DNA from: Eledone cirrhosa
Taxonomy: Eukaryota
Direction: 5' to 3'
DNA: 64,000 bases
NCBI GenBank assembly: GCA_964016885.1
Contig: OZ024742.1
Coordinates: 330,150,001 to 330,214,000 of the forward strand
Shown: in pieces, positions 14,043 through 33,126 of the stretch
Layout: every line of letters starts with the position of its first letter
Position numbering within the stretch: the stretch's first letter is position 1
Program-made: the position numbers and the translations under genes
Notes under the pieces: model-generated
Seen by the model: only the letters and a program-made list of their open reading frames with translations
The model's database searches: none
What the model was told of the DNA's origin: nothing

Positions 14043-16700
14043 ATGCTGTCGGACGAAAGGGCAAAGCCCCCCGCGCCCCACCCACCAAACGCAATCCAAA
14101 ATTTCAGAGTTGGTAACAGGAATGTAGGCGCCTTAAAAGGCCGCTCTAACGAGGTTGTAGAAATGCTTGAACGTAAGGAGGTTGATGTTTGGTGTATCCA
14201 AGAGACCAGGTGGAGGGGCGGGTCTGCTAGATTCATTGTGGGTAAAAAACGATGTTATAAGCTTTTCTGAGTGGGAAATGACAATGGGCTGGGTGGGGTA
14301 GGAATCATGTTAGCAGAAAAATGGGTGGATAAGATGATAGACGTAAATAGAGTAAATGACAGAATAATTAAAATAAGACTTGTTCTAAATAGAACTACTG
14401 TGACGGTAATATCTGCGTACGCGCCCCAATCCGGACTGCCTGGCGCTATAAAAGACAGTTTCTATGAGACACTGATGCTCACTACTTCCCAAATAACCGA
14501 CAGTGACTATATAATTATTGCTTGCGACCTAAATGGTCACGTTGGACAACATTGTGACGGCTATGATGGAATCCACGGAGGCTATGGGTTTGGTACTAGA
14601 AATGAGGAAGGCTCTAGAATCCTGGAATTCTGTGACGCAAATAACCTAACTATCTGTAACACTAACTTAAAAAAAAACAAGACAATCACCTGATCACCTA
14701 CAGATCAAGGGAACATACCAGCCATGTAGATTTTATCCTTACCAGAAGACGTGACAGAGTGTCTGTTGTAAACACTAAATCCCTCCCCCATGAAGAATGC
14801 ACCTCCCAACATACACTGATAATTAGCGACCGCATAGTCAGGACGAGACGTATTCGACAGCAGAAAAGGATTATCCTCAGGAGAAAAATATGGAAGCTTA
14901 AGGACCCCACAGCCAGAAATAAATTTAAAAGCATATTACTTGATGCTTTCGACAGTAAGGAAGAGCATTTAGAGTCGTACAATATAGAGGTACAGTGGGA
15001 ATTCCTGAAAGCAAACCTGCTGATGGCGGCAGACGAAGTCTGTGGCTGGAGCAGGCCTATAGGCAGTAGGAGAGTAACATGGTGGTGGAACAGTAAGGTG
15101 AAGGAGTCAATTAAGGCCTAAAAGCAGGCTTGGAAAGTATGGCGGGATGGGGAAAGTAGAGAAGACTATCAAGTGGCCAGGAGGGAAGCTAGGAGACAAG
15201 TGTACTTCGCAAGAAGGTAAGCAGAGGAAAGAAAGTTCAAGCATGATCTACAACGCGAGGACCAAAAACGTGAGGTGTTCATGATTGTTAGGCAATGTGT
15301 CAAGGAAAACCGTGATATTGTTGGGGAGAAGTGTGTACTTAATGATGATGGTGTACTTGCCATCACTGACACTGATTAGAAGGTATCTTGGAAGTGTCAC
15401 TACGAAAGGCTACTAAATGAGGAGAATAAATGGGAGAAAGACAGTCTCCCCCACATCGACCCAATAGAGGCACCAGCAGTGTTAGTCAAAGGTAGTATAA
15501 TAAGTAAGGCAATCAAAGATATGAAGACGAGTAAGGCGGCTGGGCCTTCGGAAATAGTTGCTGAAATGTTGAAAGCTTCTGGAACGGTGGGACACACCAT
15601 GGTCACCCGCATAGTAAACAAAGTCATACAGAATGGGGATTCCGAAGGACTGGCGTAGCAGCATCATCATTAACTGCTACAAGGGTAAAGGAGATGCTCT
15701 AGATAGGAGTAACTATAGAGGCATTAAATTAATCGACCAGGTCATGAAGGTCACAGAAAAAGTAATAGCGCAACTAATCAGAGAGAGAATTGATCTAGAT
15801 GAAATGCAGTTCGGGTTTGTGTCAGGCAAAAGTACCACAGACGCTTTTTTCATTGTATGACAACTACAGGAGAAGTACCTATCTAAAAGTAAACCCCTAT
15901 ACTTAGCTTTTGTCGACTTGGAGAAAGCCTTCGACAGAGTCCCACATTCCATTATCTGGTGGGCTCTTAAAAAACTAGGTGTTGATGAATGGCTTGTGAG
16001 AGCTATACAAGCCATGTATAAAGAAACAGTCAGCAAGGTTAGAATTAACAACGGATATAGTGAAGAGTTTAGCGTAAAAGTTGGTGTTCATCAGGGCTCC
16101 GTTCTTAGCGCCCTACTGTTTATTATTGACCTTCAGGCTATAACAGTGGAGTTCAAGACCGGCTGCCCATGGGAACTCATATACGCAGATGATCTAACGC
16201 TCATATCTGAATCAATGGCCGAACTAGGGAAGAAATTGCAAACATGGAAGCATGGCCTAGAATCAAAAGGCCTTAGAATTAACCTGTCTAAGACTAAAGT
16301 CCTAGTTTGTAGGAAGGAAATTAGGGCGGCGGTCCCATCAGAGAAATGGCCATGCTCAGTGTGTAGGAAAGGAGTAGGTAGAAACTCCATTTTATGTCCC
16401 AAATTCAAAGTATGGGTGCATAAAAGATGTATTGGAATCACAGGTAAGCTAACTAAGAACATAGATTTTATATGTGGCCGGTGCTCTGGTGCAATAAGTA
16501 GCAGCAAGTGCACACAGAATACTAGCTCTTTCAATTGCACATATGGTTCTATAGAAATAGTGGCCAGCTTCCGTTACCTGGGTGACGAAATCAGCAGTGG
16601 GTGAGGGTGCTCTGAAAGTACAGTAGCTAGAGTCAGAACTGGATGGAAAAAGTTCAGAGAGCTTATACCGCTATTAGCCGCTAAAGGGTTCTCCCTAACA
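14043..16700 (+). pseudogene. Decayed RTE-clade LINE ORF (APE endonuclease + RT + PHD-like finger), 3'-truncated
   Basis: CIQETRW, GVGIML, SAYAPQ, DLNGHVG, DFIL, NYRGIKL, QFGF, EKAFDRV, GVHQGSVLS, YADD, FRYLG, spread over several frames with stops. Confidence 0.92.
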
Positions 16701-16859
16701 CTGGCTCATTAAATTGAGCTGACGAACCATAATTGAATTAACTCCTTGTCGCAATGAAAAACATTTTTTACTATGCCGGTAGTGGTCATTAGTTTGACAG
16801 CTAACTCTACATTGCACCGGTGATTACAATGACGCTTCCTCCATATTTTATACGTAATA

Positions 16860-17049
16860 CTTGTTTTTACTTTTGGCACAAGGCTAGCAATTAACCAGTA
16901 CATTACTGGTACTTTATTTTATCAACCCCGTAAGGATGAAAGGCAAAGTTAAACACGGCGGGATTTGAACTCAGAATGGTTTGTACCGTAACTCTATGCG
17001 TCAAAGCATGGTGTCCGGCCCTCTACCGATACTGCCAATCCACTGCCCT
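16860..17049 (-). mobile_element. tRNA-derived SINE, near full length
   Basis: A-box TGGCAGTATCGG, B-box GAGTTCAAATCC, conserved body. Confidence 0.85.
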
Positions 17050-17180
17050 TTCATGCGTAATAATGCATTCTGATGTTAAAATAGATTTCTACCCGTACAG
17101 GGTACTTTATTAAATACATTGCCTTTTTTAACTGCCTCAAAAGAGCGAAACATATGTAAGAGCATTATATATATATATAT

Positions 17181-17298
17181 GATCTGAGTTCAAATCCCGC
17201 CGAGGTTAACTTTGCCTTTCATGCTTACGAGGTCGATAAAAAAAAGTACAGGTAATACACTGATTTAAGTGCTGGCCTTGTGACAAAAGTAGAATCAA
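17181..17298 (+). mobile_element. 5'-truncated SINE copy
   Basis: CTGAGTTCAAATCCCGCCGAGGTTAACTTTGCCTTTCAT. Confidence 0.8.
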
Positions 17299-17355
17299 TT
17301 ATATAAATATGTTTTAACGGCTTCCAATACTTTCATTAATGTTTTCGTTTATATA

Positions 17356-17397
<42 letters not shown>

Positions 17398-17574
17398 CAT
17401 ATATGTATAATATATGACATATATATAAATATATATTTACATATATACATATATGTATTTATATTATATATAAATATGTGTATATATATATTTATATATA
17501 TATATGTATATATATATAAGATAAGATTACACAACTTCACCTATGGATGTGTGAGCATACACACAAACACGCAA

Positions 17575-17627
<53 letters not shown>

Positions 17628-18027
17628 CACACACATTTGTTATATCTTGACAAATTTTGAATGTTAGTTGATTTCCAGTGTTGTATATGATAACTGTAAT
17701 CGAAGAAACATTGTGTAATTAGATGTACGCATACCATATCAATTGTAACTATGAAGCTCTACGATTAATTAGGCAGGTACCCAATGATGTATTTGTATAT
17801 ATATATATATATGTACATATATAAATGACATGTGAGTATGTTTTTCAAATAGCGAGGGAGTTTCAAATTATAAGTAGAAGTTTTCGCCGTATTATTTTAC
17901 TAAAGAAATTTGAGCCCAGTATTAAGGTTTAGAACCCTCTAAAAAATTGAAAATAATGAGTTTTGATGCAGATGGGAATCGAAACCACATACTTTGGATA
18001 TTCAGACTAATGTGCTATCATTACACC

Positions 18028-18285
<258 letters not shown>

Positions 18286-18326
18286 GATATTAAATAAATG
18301 GAAACTATATTTATAAAACCATATTT

Positions 18327-18390
18327 ATTTCATCATATATATTTCAGGGATATCATATAAAAAATATGTTATGCCTTCTTCAGACAAAAT
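18327..18390 (-). ncRNA. Minimal HHR motif with a non-cleavable AUG triplet; more degenerate relative at 33545-33603
   Basis: ATTTTGT-CTGAAGA-AGG...CCT-GAAA-TATATA-TG-ATGAAAT. The terminus at 18286 is shared with 33501. Confidence 0.6.
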
Positions 18391-19641
18391 ACAATATAAA
18401 CAGTCTTATAAATACATAGATTCGACATACCTTTCAACTTCGACTTCCATTTGAAAAGTTGATTTGGTAGTGAAAAATTTTAGGGACAGTTATAAAAAGA
18501 AAGAAAGAAAAACGAAGAAAAAGAAGAAATGCATGCAACTAAATAGAGAGAGATAGATAGAGAGAAGAAATTCATGTAAAGAAACAGAGAGAGATATATA
18601 GAGAGAGGAAAAAACACAGAGGGAGATAGACAGAGAGAGAGAAGAGAGAGAGAGAGAAAATATAGAGAGATAGATATAGATAGAAATAGAGAGAAAGAAA
18701 ATAGGTAGTTGGGCACCAGTTGAATGACGTATCAATGATATATTTATTTATTTATTTATTTATTTAGCTCTAGTATTAATGTAGAGAGAGATATATGTGG
18801 TTAGGAGAGAAAACAGCCGTTACATAGAGAGAAAAGAAAAATATCCAGACATAAACGAGGCAGATTTAAAACACTATGTTTCATCAATGTAAAAATATCA
18901 ATTCGTATAAATCAGGCATTATAATGTAAATATCAGTATTCATGAATGAGACACGTATCAATAATGTGTGAAAAATGTTATCCCAGATTCGATACTATAG
19001 ACATCCATGTGAATTTACGTGATCAGCTCTGCAAATTCCTATTTCACACGAAAACATTCTCATTGTGCTATAAAAATTCTAGTATACATATATGTGTACA
19101 TACACACAAATATATATAGAGTCTACATTAATTTTAACAATACTATTCTTGTCTTTACTCTACATGATTATCGTTCAAGCATAGATAGAGAACAGATATC
19201 AATATATCAATAAAAATATCAGAAACAAAAAATAAATTTAAATTTAAAAAAAAATATTAAAAATAAAAATATTAAAAATATTAAAAATAAAAATAAAACA
19301 TAGTATGCCCCGCAAATCAACCACAGAGATCAACCCTTCAAAGTTAATTGACAATATATTGCCAAGTTCGTTATAAGCATCAGAATCAAAAGTAAACAAA
19401 ACCAAAAATTATTTACCAAATCTTGTCTAGCAGAAAACATTCCAAAAGTTTAGGATACCCATTTGATCTACAGATGGTCTTATATTTAATATAGAAGTTT
19501 ATCTAGTGTAACATTTATTCGATATATTTGGAGCATCAGCTTTTAGGGTAGTTTAATTATTCATGAAGAATTGTTTAAAAAAAAGAAATCGAAAGATTTA
19601 TCGGCGAGTTTCATAAATAATTATAAATCAAATTAAATATA

Positions 19642-21308
19642 CTACATTTTATTTTTATATTTATATTTAAAAGTTGAGTTTAATCTATGTCTGCAGCAAC
19701 TGAATAAATTTGTCCGTAAATTAAGGGAATTTTTAGATTTTAGTATAAAGAATATCTCCTCCGCGCAGAGGTCACATGTCTCAGAGGATGAATTAAAAGG
19801 AATCCCTCTTGAGACTATATTCCAAGCCGTCGAATATCCAACGTTATCATGCCTAAGTTGCCATAGTAAGCCTGATAGTGATGTTGAAGATTTTTTGCTT
19901 GGATCTGTGAAAGAATTCTTGTGGTTATTATAGCGAAGTTTAAATTCTGTCGAGGTGGAACCAACATAGTTAAAAGAATTTAAGTCCGTTTTAACATTAC
20001 AGTTGTATATTATATTTTTAACTAAGCAATTGTTATTTAACGGACATTTAGATCTATCTCTACAGTTACATTTGTTAACTTGGATATTATTTATGCTATT
20101 ATCGGTATTTTGGCTAGGTTTTAAATTCCTATTATTTATTCTATTAATATTTTGTGCTAAATTTTTGGTGGATGAGTAGGTTAATTTTATAGTATGTCTA
20201 TTGACAATTGAGTGATACCTATGTGTTCTAGGGAAGCGATTATCAAGAGCATTAAAAATAGTTTAGCGATGTGGGTTTTAATATTTAGTGAGAAAGGGGG
20301 GCAAACCATATTATATTCCTAGTTCTATTTCTTTTTTGGCTTTTGGAATTATTGTAATGCTTTCTATTATAGTTGTTACAGTTGTTGCCGTAATTGAAAT
20401 TGTTGTTATTTTGGTTAGTTTGTCTATTATTATCTATGTACATAATTTTATCACTATATCCTGCTCTAGCTAACGCTTCATTGTAATACTGGGCTTTTTC
20501 GTCGAAAATCTTTTTATTAGATGAGATTCTAGAGATACGTTTTTGAACAGAGTTTACTATAGTATTTTTAACAGATCTGGGGTGGTTAGAGTTAAAGCTG
20601 ACATAGTTTAAGTTTTCATTCAACTTGTGAAATGGATAGTGAAGACATGTGTTGAGATTTAATGTTACATCTAGGAAATTGACTATTCTATGGTTATTCT
20701 CAATTTCTATTTTTAGATTAAAGTAATAAAAAAATTGTGTAATTTGTTTTCTTTTTCTATTTAGTTCAGAGTTATTATTTTCAATAAGTAAAAGCATGTC
20801 ATCTCTATATAAACCTCCGGTAGCACCGGGTATTTTCCTATGCAGCGAATTGATTAAAAATAGGCCCACAAGGTCAGTTACCTGAGCTGAGTCGGATGAT
20901 CCCATAGTAATGTCGAAATTGTTATCTCTATCTGCTCTGGTCCATAGTTGGTCATTAAATTCTATCAATGTTTTCCCAGCCGATAATATAATGTGCATTT
21001 CATTGCTAGTTAGGTCTGTATGTTTGAATGCGTAATTTAGTGCCTTATTTAGTAGATTAGGGGTAATAGATGAATAATAGTTAGCAATATCTAGTTGAAT
21101 AAACTTATTATTATTGTTATATTTAATTTCTTTAAACCACTCAACAACCTCTCCAGTTCCCTTCCACAAGCTCAAGTTAGGTAAACAATTCAAGTTTTTA
21201 ATTTCCTGTATCACCCTGTCTAGAATGTTTTTGCTTAGTTTACCCAGGTCCGATTTTCATGGTGCAATCAATCTGACTGGCAGGTCATTTTCAAAATTTC
21301 TTTTGTGC
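19642..21308 (-). pseudogene. 5'-truncated PLE ORF (RT + GIY-YIG), Hydra-clade-like
   Basis: VRLIAP*KSDLGK, LDIANYYSSI, FDITMGS, GLYRDD, NFLDV, SNHP, then after frameshifts CNCR..CPL..CL..IIY..YVGST..FKLRYNNH, CDLC..E, CRH. Confidence 0.88.
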
Positions 21309-21346
21309 GTACTTAGTGCTCAGTGAAATATTTACCTCCTTTAAAA

Positions 21347-22515
<1,169 letters not shown>

Positions 22516-22535
22516 TTTATATATATATATACATA

Positions 22536-23131
<596 letters not shown>

Positions 23132-23217
23132 ATATATTTGCTAGCATAGGTATGCATCTGTATATATATGTTAGTAGATATACTAATTCTTTATATGTAT
23201 ATATATATATATATAGA

Positions 23218-23333
<116 letters not shown>

Positions 23334-24749
23334 TAAAAAAAATAATGAATAAAACAATGAAACAGTTCCTTATATTAAACAAAAAAAGTTCATTATTTAA
23401 CGATCGTTTCTAGGATATATATGTGTTAGAATTGGCATGCATATTCAACAGATCCATGTACAAAATTATACAAAATTATACAAACTATCAAAATTAAATA
23501 TACATACCCAACACATATATATGCCGTCTTCAGAAATAATGAAATATATTTATTGATAATAACAACAATTCAAAATTTCAGGTCCGTTTGGGAACAGAGT
23601 TCAAATTGACCAATGAAAATACAAAAAATTTTTTATGCAGTTTGGTGTGTGTATATACATGTAATTAACTTCATACACATATTTACATAAAGATATATGT
23701 TCACATGCATACGCATGCCAAAAAGATGTATGCAAATACAAAAATTCAAGGCTAATGTCTCTGTAAGTCTATAATCCACAGATAAAATGCGTATAGACAC
23801 ATAAATATGAAATAAATGTATACACACATTCATATACTCACACATATTCGTACACCCACATCCACACGCGCGTATATGCATAAACATACACATAACTACG
23901 AACATACATACACACACACACCCCCACACATATATACATTTTAGAAATATATTTATAATTTGGTTTTAAATTTGGTCAACCTAAAAATTTAATTTATTTG
24001 GCTTAAAATTAGTATCCTAATACAGACGGATTGCAGAGAGTCATGTAATCATAGAATGGGATGGGTTTTGGATGTATACCTAGTTAATATATTCTTTGTA
24101 ATTTTTGAAAAAATATGTATATGTATGTATATATGTGTATGTGTATGTATGTATATATATGTGTATATATATATATATGTATGTATATGTATATGTGTAT
24201 GTATTAATTTTAATTTCTGTTTACATATAATTATATTCTACTATTGATAAAATACAATATCTGTTTTATTTATTATATACCTAATTAACATATACTATAG
24301 AAATTAATATATAATTTTTAATTTAGTTAACCTATAATTTATAGTCTACTACCGACGTAATACTTTATTTGTTTTTTCCCTATTACTAAATTCATTTCCT
24401 AATATTGATACCATAACGTTAATAATTTTAATTTAGTTATACTATAATTAATACTCTACTACTATTTAACTTCAAAATTCTGCTTCAAATATTATAAACC
24501 TAAGTAATTTACACCTTAGAAATCAATATATTAACTATCTTTAGTTTAGTTAACCTATAATTATTGGTATACTTATATTGAAATGCATAATTTTGCCTTC
24601 TTTCTTGCATTTCCTAATACTGAAACTATGTAAACACATATTGAGATCCAAATACAGATTAATATTCTATGTTTCTTGAAACATATATTTACTATAATCC
24701 CCTTCTCCCCCCCCTTCCCCCCTACTATTATTATTTGTATTTGTAAGAG

Positions 24750-24860
24750 TGTATGTATGTATGTATATGTAGGTAGGTGTATATATGTTTGGGTGTTTAT
24801 TTGTAAGTATAAAAATACATATATGCGCATGCAAATAAGGGTGTATGATTGTGTTGTATA

Positions 24861-24904
<44 letters not shown>

Positions 24905-25122
24905 TGTGTATGTATATGTGTGTGTATATGTGTATGTATATATATGTATGTGAGTATGTATGCGTGTCTATATATGTGTATGTATATGTATGTCTCTCTA
25001 TATATATGTGTATCTTTATATCTATGTGGGTATATGTGTGTATGTACAAGTATGCACATGTATATGTCTATGTGTATATGTGTGTATGTGTATATGTGTA
25101 CGTATGTGCGCATATATATGTG

Positions 25123-25159
<37 letters not shown>

Positions 25160-25438
25160 TGTATATTTGTAGTTGATGTGTGTATATGTATGTATATATA
25201 TGTGTGTGTGTATGTATGTATGTATATATATGTATGTGTGTGTGTGTATGTGTGTGTGTGTATATATATATATACATATATGTATATGTATGTGTGTGCA
25301 TATTTGTCTGACTGTGTGTATTAATTTTTTTTTTTTTTTTTTTTTATATATATATGTATGTGTATGTGTATGTATGTATGTATGTATGTATGTGTGTGCA
25401 TGTCTATATATGTGTGAATGTATGTGTATGTATGTATA

Positions 25439-25482
<44 letters not shown>

Positions 25483-25584
25483 GATATATACATGTATGTG
25501 TGTCTTTGTGTGTGTGTATATATATGTATGTATGTGTGTATGTATGTGTTTGTATGTGTGTTTATGGTTCTACGTGTGTGTGGG

Positions 25585-25620
<36 letters not shown>

Positions 25621-26084
25621 TATGTGTATATGTATCTCTATTTATATGTGTATATATGTATATGTATATACCTTTTTCTTTGTATGTCTGAGTTGTGTGA
25701 GCGTGTAGTGGTGTTTGTATGTATATACGCATATATGGATGTGTATGTATTTATATATATGCGTATATGTAAGTGCGTATGTGTGTGTGAGTATATATAT
25801 ATGTCTATGTATGAGTATGTATGTGTGTGTATGTATGTGTGTGTGTATGTATGTATGAGTGTATGTGTGTATGTATACGTGTGTATATATATGTATGTAT
25901 ATGTATGTATGTATGTATATATGTATGTATATGTATATATATGTATATGTATATATATATATTTATTATATATGTGTGTGTGTGTGTGTGTATATATATC
26001 TTTATATATGTGTATGTGTATGTATGTGTAGGTGTGTGTGTGTGAGTATATATGTATGTGTGTATATGTGTATGTATGTGTATG

Positions 26085-26173
<89 letters not shown>

Positions 26174-26314
26174 ATGTGTATGTGTGTATGTGTGTATATA
26201 TATATATATTTATGTATATATATATATTTATATGTGGGTATGTATGTGTATGTGTGTATATATATGAGTGTATTTATATATATATATGTATGTAGGTGTG
26301 ACTGTATATATATG

Positions 26315-26367
<53 letters not shown>

Positions 26368-26435
26368 GTATGTATATGTATACGTGTGTATATGTATGAG
26401 TGTGTATATATATACGAGTGTTGTGAGTGTATATA

Positions 26436-26530
<95 letters not shown>

Positions 26531-27010
26531 ATATATATATATATATGTATGCGTGTATGTGTATATGTGGATAAAAAAAAAAATATATATATATATATGT
26601 GTTTATGTGTGTATGTGTCTATGTATTTATATGTGTATATGTATGTGTCTCTATATGTATGCGTCTATGTATGTGTATGTGTATTTATATGGTATGTGTA
26701 TGTATATGTATGTGTATGTATGTGTTTATATATATGTGTATGTATATGTATGTATATGTATGTGTGTGTATGCGTGTGTATTTATTTATATGTCTATATG
26801 TATGTATATCGATGTATACTTTATATTTTACTTGTTTGTATATATATGTGTGTGTATATATATGTGTGTATATATATATACATGTGTGTGTATATATGTG
26901 TGTGTATATATGTGTATATGTATGTGTATGTATATATATATGAGTGTATATATGTGTATATATATATATGTATATGTATATATATGTGTGTGTGTGTGTG
27001 TGTATGTGTG

Positions 27011-27048
<38 letters not shown>
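24750..27048. repeat. Complex degenerate (TA/TG/TATG)n region
   Basis: Seen directly. Confidence 0.95.
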
Positions 27049-27052
<4 letters not shown>

Positions 27053-27652
27053 CTTGATATATTTCTTTTTTCTTTTTTCTTTTTCTTTTTATTTCTAAGT
27101 TTATAGATACATCTATAAATAGGCAGCCTGCCGAAACCGTTGAATACTGACCTCTCCCCCCCTCCCACCTAATTTCTGTATCCTGATCTAAATATGTGTG
27201 GCAGTGTTTATGTGCGTGCATTAATGTCCATATGCTTATGATAATACTATATGCACATATATATGTGTGTGGGGGTGTGTGTGTGTATGTATGTTCGTAG
27301 TTATGTGTATGTTTATGCATATACGCGCGTGTGGATGTGGGTGTACGAATATGTGTGAGTATATGAATGTGTGTATACATTTATTTCATATTTATGTGTC
27401 TATACGCATTTTATCTGTGGATTATAGACTTACAGAGACATTAGCCTTGAATTTTTGTATTTGCATACATCTTTTTGGCATGCGTATGCATGTGAACATA
27501 TATCTTTATGTAAATATGTGTATGAAGTTAATTACATGTATATACACACACCAAACTGCATAAAAAATTTTTTGTATTTTCATTGGTCAATTTGAACTCT
27601 GTTCCCAAACGGACCTGAAATTTTGAATTGTTGTTATTATCAATAAATATAT

Positions 27653-27807
27653 TTCATTATTTCTGAAGACGGCATATATATGTGTTGGGTATGTATATTT
27701 AATTTTGATAGTTTGTATAATTTTGTATAATTTTGTACATAGATCTGTTGAATATGCATGCCAATTCTAACACATATATATCCTAGAAACGATCGTTAAA
27801 TAATGAA
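27653..27807 (+). ncRNA. Type I HHR with a 116-nt stem II domain (other copies 23389-23543 -, 29493-29632 -, 29633-29769 +)
   Basis: Perfect 10-bp stem I TTCATTATTT/AAATAATGAA, CTGAAGA, GAAAC-GATC-GTT. Confidence 0.8.
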
Positions 27808-28004
27808 CTTTTTTTGTTTAATATAAGGAACTGTTTCATTGTTTTATTCATTATTTTTTTAATATTTTATCTTGACTCTGTATTCCGTTTATCTTTCACC
27901 GGAAGTGATTTTTCATTGCATCTCTTCTTTCCATGATATCCGGATTACATTGAGTTCTTCATACGGATTGGACACTACCGTAAACTCTTGGTAGATTTAT
28001 CTAC

Positions 28005-29294
<1,290 letters not shown>

Positions 29295-29830
29295 TGTAGA
29301 TAAATCTACCAAAAGTTTACGGTAGTGTCCAATCCGTATGAAGAACTCAATGTAATCTGGATATCATGGAATGAAGAGATGCATTCAAAAATCACTTTCG
29401 GTGAAAGATAAACGGAATACAGAGTCAAGATAAAATATAAAAAAAATAATGAATAAAACAATGAAACAGTTACTTATATTAAACAAAAAAAGTTCATTAT
29501 TTAACGATCGTTTCTAGGACATATATGTGTTAGAATTGGCATGCGTATTCAAAAGATCTATGTACAAAATTATACAAGCTATCAAAGAGAATATACATAC
29601 CAACACATATATATGCTGTCTTCAGGAATAATATTTCTGAAGACAGCATATATATGTGTTGGTATGTATATTCTCTTTGATAGTTTGTATAATTTTGTAC
29701 ATAGATCTTTTGAATATGCATGCCAATTCTAACACATACATGTCCTAGAAACGATCGTTAAATAATGAACTTTTTTAGTTTAATATAAGGAACTGTTTCA
29801 TTGTTTTATTCATTATTTTTTTAATACTTT
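29295..29830. mobile_element. Hairpin insertion of the same family as 27650-28005
   Basis: Arms about 29435-29625 and 29637-29828 with a loop of about 10 nt; TA on both sides. Confidence 0.85.
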
Positions 29831-29845
29831 TCATATATATATATA

Positions 29846-29984
<139 letters not shown>

Positions 29985-29986
29985 GC

Positions 29987-30041
<55 letters not shown>

Positions 30042-30050
30042 CAGATATAT

Positions 30051-30287
30051 ATCAGAGCAAACAGCACGGACACTCTATCTCAAAATTATTTTTGAAAAGC
30101 ATTTAGAAATGCGCAACCGGTAAAAACTTAAAAACTTAGAACCACAACTGAATACTAACCCATACAATCACTAATACTCTTTTATTCCTAATTAAACCAT
30201 TTTTCAACTGTGAACAATTTGTCAGCATTTTCTATTCCGTTTACCAATATATAATAACTTGTGTGTTACACCTCTATTCTTTTAACT
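30051..30287 (+). mobile_element. 5'-truncated copy of the 50074-51743 family in (TA)n
   Basis: Nearly identical to 51507-51743, with the same 3' end. Confidence 0.85.
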
Positions 30288-30305
30288 ATATATATATATA
30301 TATAC

Positions 30306-31083
<778 letters not shown>

Positions 31084-31148
31084 CTCGTATATATATATAA
31101 CGGTCAGTTATATACTTCTAATCACTTGAATTTTTATTTCATTGTTTT

Positions 31149-31184
<36 letters not shown>

Positions 31185-31216
31185 TAACAGATTAAAGTTT
31201 AAGCAAAGAATCGCTG

Positions 31217-31297
<81 letters not shown>

Positions 31298-31356
31298 ATA
31301 TATATATATATATAATATATATATATATATAAATATATATATATACATTTATATAT

Positions 31357-31446
<90 letters not shown>

Positions 31447-31454
31447 TCATGTGC

Positions 31455-31503
31455 CATATACCCTACGACGCTATGATAAGCAGGTGAAACGTCAGGGTAT
31501 ATG
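31455..31503 (+). ncRNA. Degenerate HHR (CTG of the core apparently deleted)
   Basis: 10-bp stem I CATATACCCT/AGGGTATATG enclosing ACGA..GCT atgata AGC..GAAAC-GTC. Confidence 0.55.
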
Positions 31504-32826
31504 TTTAAACTCTACTTCGGTATGGAGTATTCTTTTCTCTGTGCTGTCAAATGCATACGGATATATATGTATATATGCAATAGGTAAATGAAAGCATGCA
31601 ATTAAACACCAACGTACAGTGTAGAAATATACTCTTAGGTTGCATCCAAATTTCTGTCATACTCTAGATGAGGAAAGGATAAGAAGTTGAATTGGTCATG
31701 ATGGATATATTATTTCAAGAGAAACATGTCCTTCGTTTTTATTAACGTAATCCCATCTGTCTGCCATGCTGTCGATTCCTCTAGCATAACCTTCACCTGT
31801 CTACGAAGCAAATTAGTATCCAATGTACATTTTAAACTCTTTTCGATTTCTGAACTGTTTTGCATTTAGAATATGCTCCAATAATCTGAAATTCCGCGAT
31901 GGGGAAATGTAAGTTGAATAAGGAGGATGAGGCAAAACGTCCATATATATTTCGAAAACATTGGATGCCCTTATAATTTACATGTTGACTGCAATTTCAG
32001 CAATGGTCAAATCCTAAAACAATAATTCCAACATTTGACATATAAAAGAAATGATGGTGTATGGTCGAGTTTTTAAATTGTTTGTCCAGATTTAAAATTC
32101 ATAAGATCGTGTGTTTGACATCTGGAAATGTAGGAGCGTTGAGTCCTTGAGTAAAACATTTATTTCACTCAAATGAAATCGAGATGAAGTTGCACTGCAG
32201 CTGGGGTTAACTCCTGCAACGAATGGTGTCAAATCCAGGAAACACTATGAGATACAACTCCGTGGAGGCAAGATAAATCTTCATGGTTGTGATCAGTAAA
32301 GACATAAAAAACAACTATAAAAATAACTATTATGCTGATGGTTTCTCACAAAAGAAAGACAAAATCCCTACGCATTGATAAGCGTATCGCCACAAGCATC
32401 TCTATAACAATTCTGATAAGAAAAATAAACAGAAGACCAGTGCTATCTAATTTCAGAATTCAGCAATAAACTATGTTATTGAATTACCAATGATAACCTG
32501 TTAGGCAATTTTACAAATAAGCAATAAGTTATCGGCATCAATGTCATTATATCGTAAATTATTCAGGTGTGGGGTGGAGGTCTGTGAACCTAACTGATTA
32601 AAAACACAATTTTGTTTTAATCAACATCATTCCTGGAGAAAGAAAGTAACTGCGAAAATGTTTTTTTCTCAGCATTTGAGAAAATTAAAAAGATTGCCAC
32701 AAATAAAAACTAGACGCTCTGAAAATGTCATCAATATAAGGCGTGATAAATAAAGGTGAGTTAATTGAAGTTATAAAAAAACATATCCGCCCATACTCAC
32801 TCACACTTAAATACACATTGCATGTG

Positions 32827-32887
<61 letters not shown>

Positions 32888-33126
32888 ATATAATTAGAAA
32901 CACACAGATACATGCGGACACACACATATATACATGAATGCATCCGCACCCAACTGTGAGTTAAGGGTGCCAACTTCACCGATGTTGCTCAATGAATGAC
33001 TGGGACAGACCAATTCAGTTGAATTAGACTGAACCAGTATCAGAGTTAAAAATACATTATGAAGAGAGAAGAAACATTTAGATATAATTAGTAATAAAAT
33101 GTATCATACCTAAACTGCTCCTAAAT

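Noticed and set aside
16860-17298. tRNA genes
   Set aside because: The A/B boxes belong to SINE heads; no cloverleaf.
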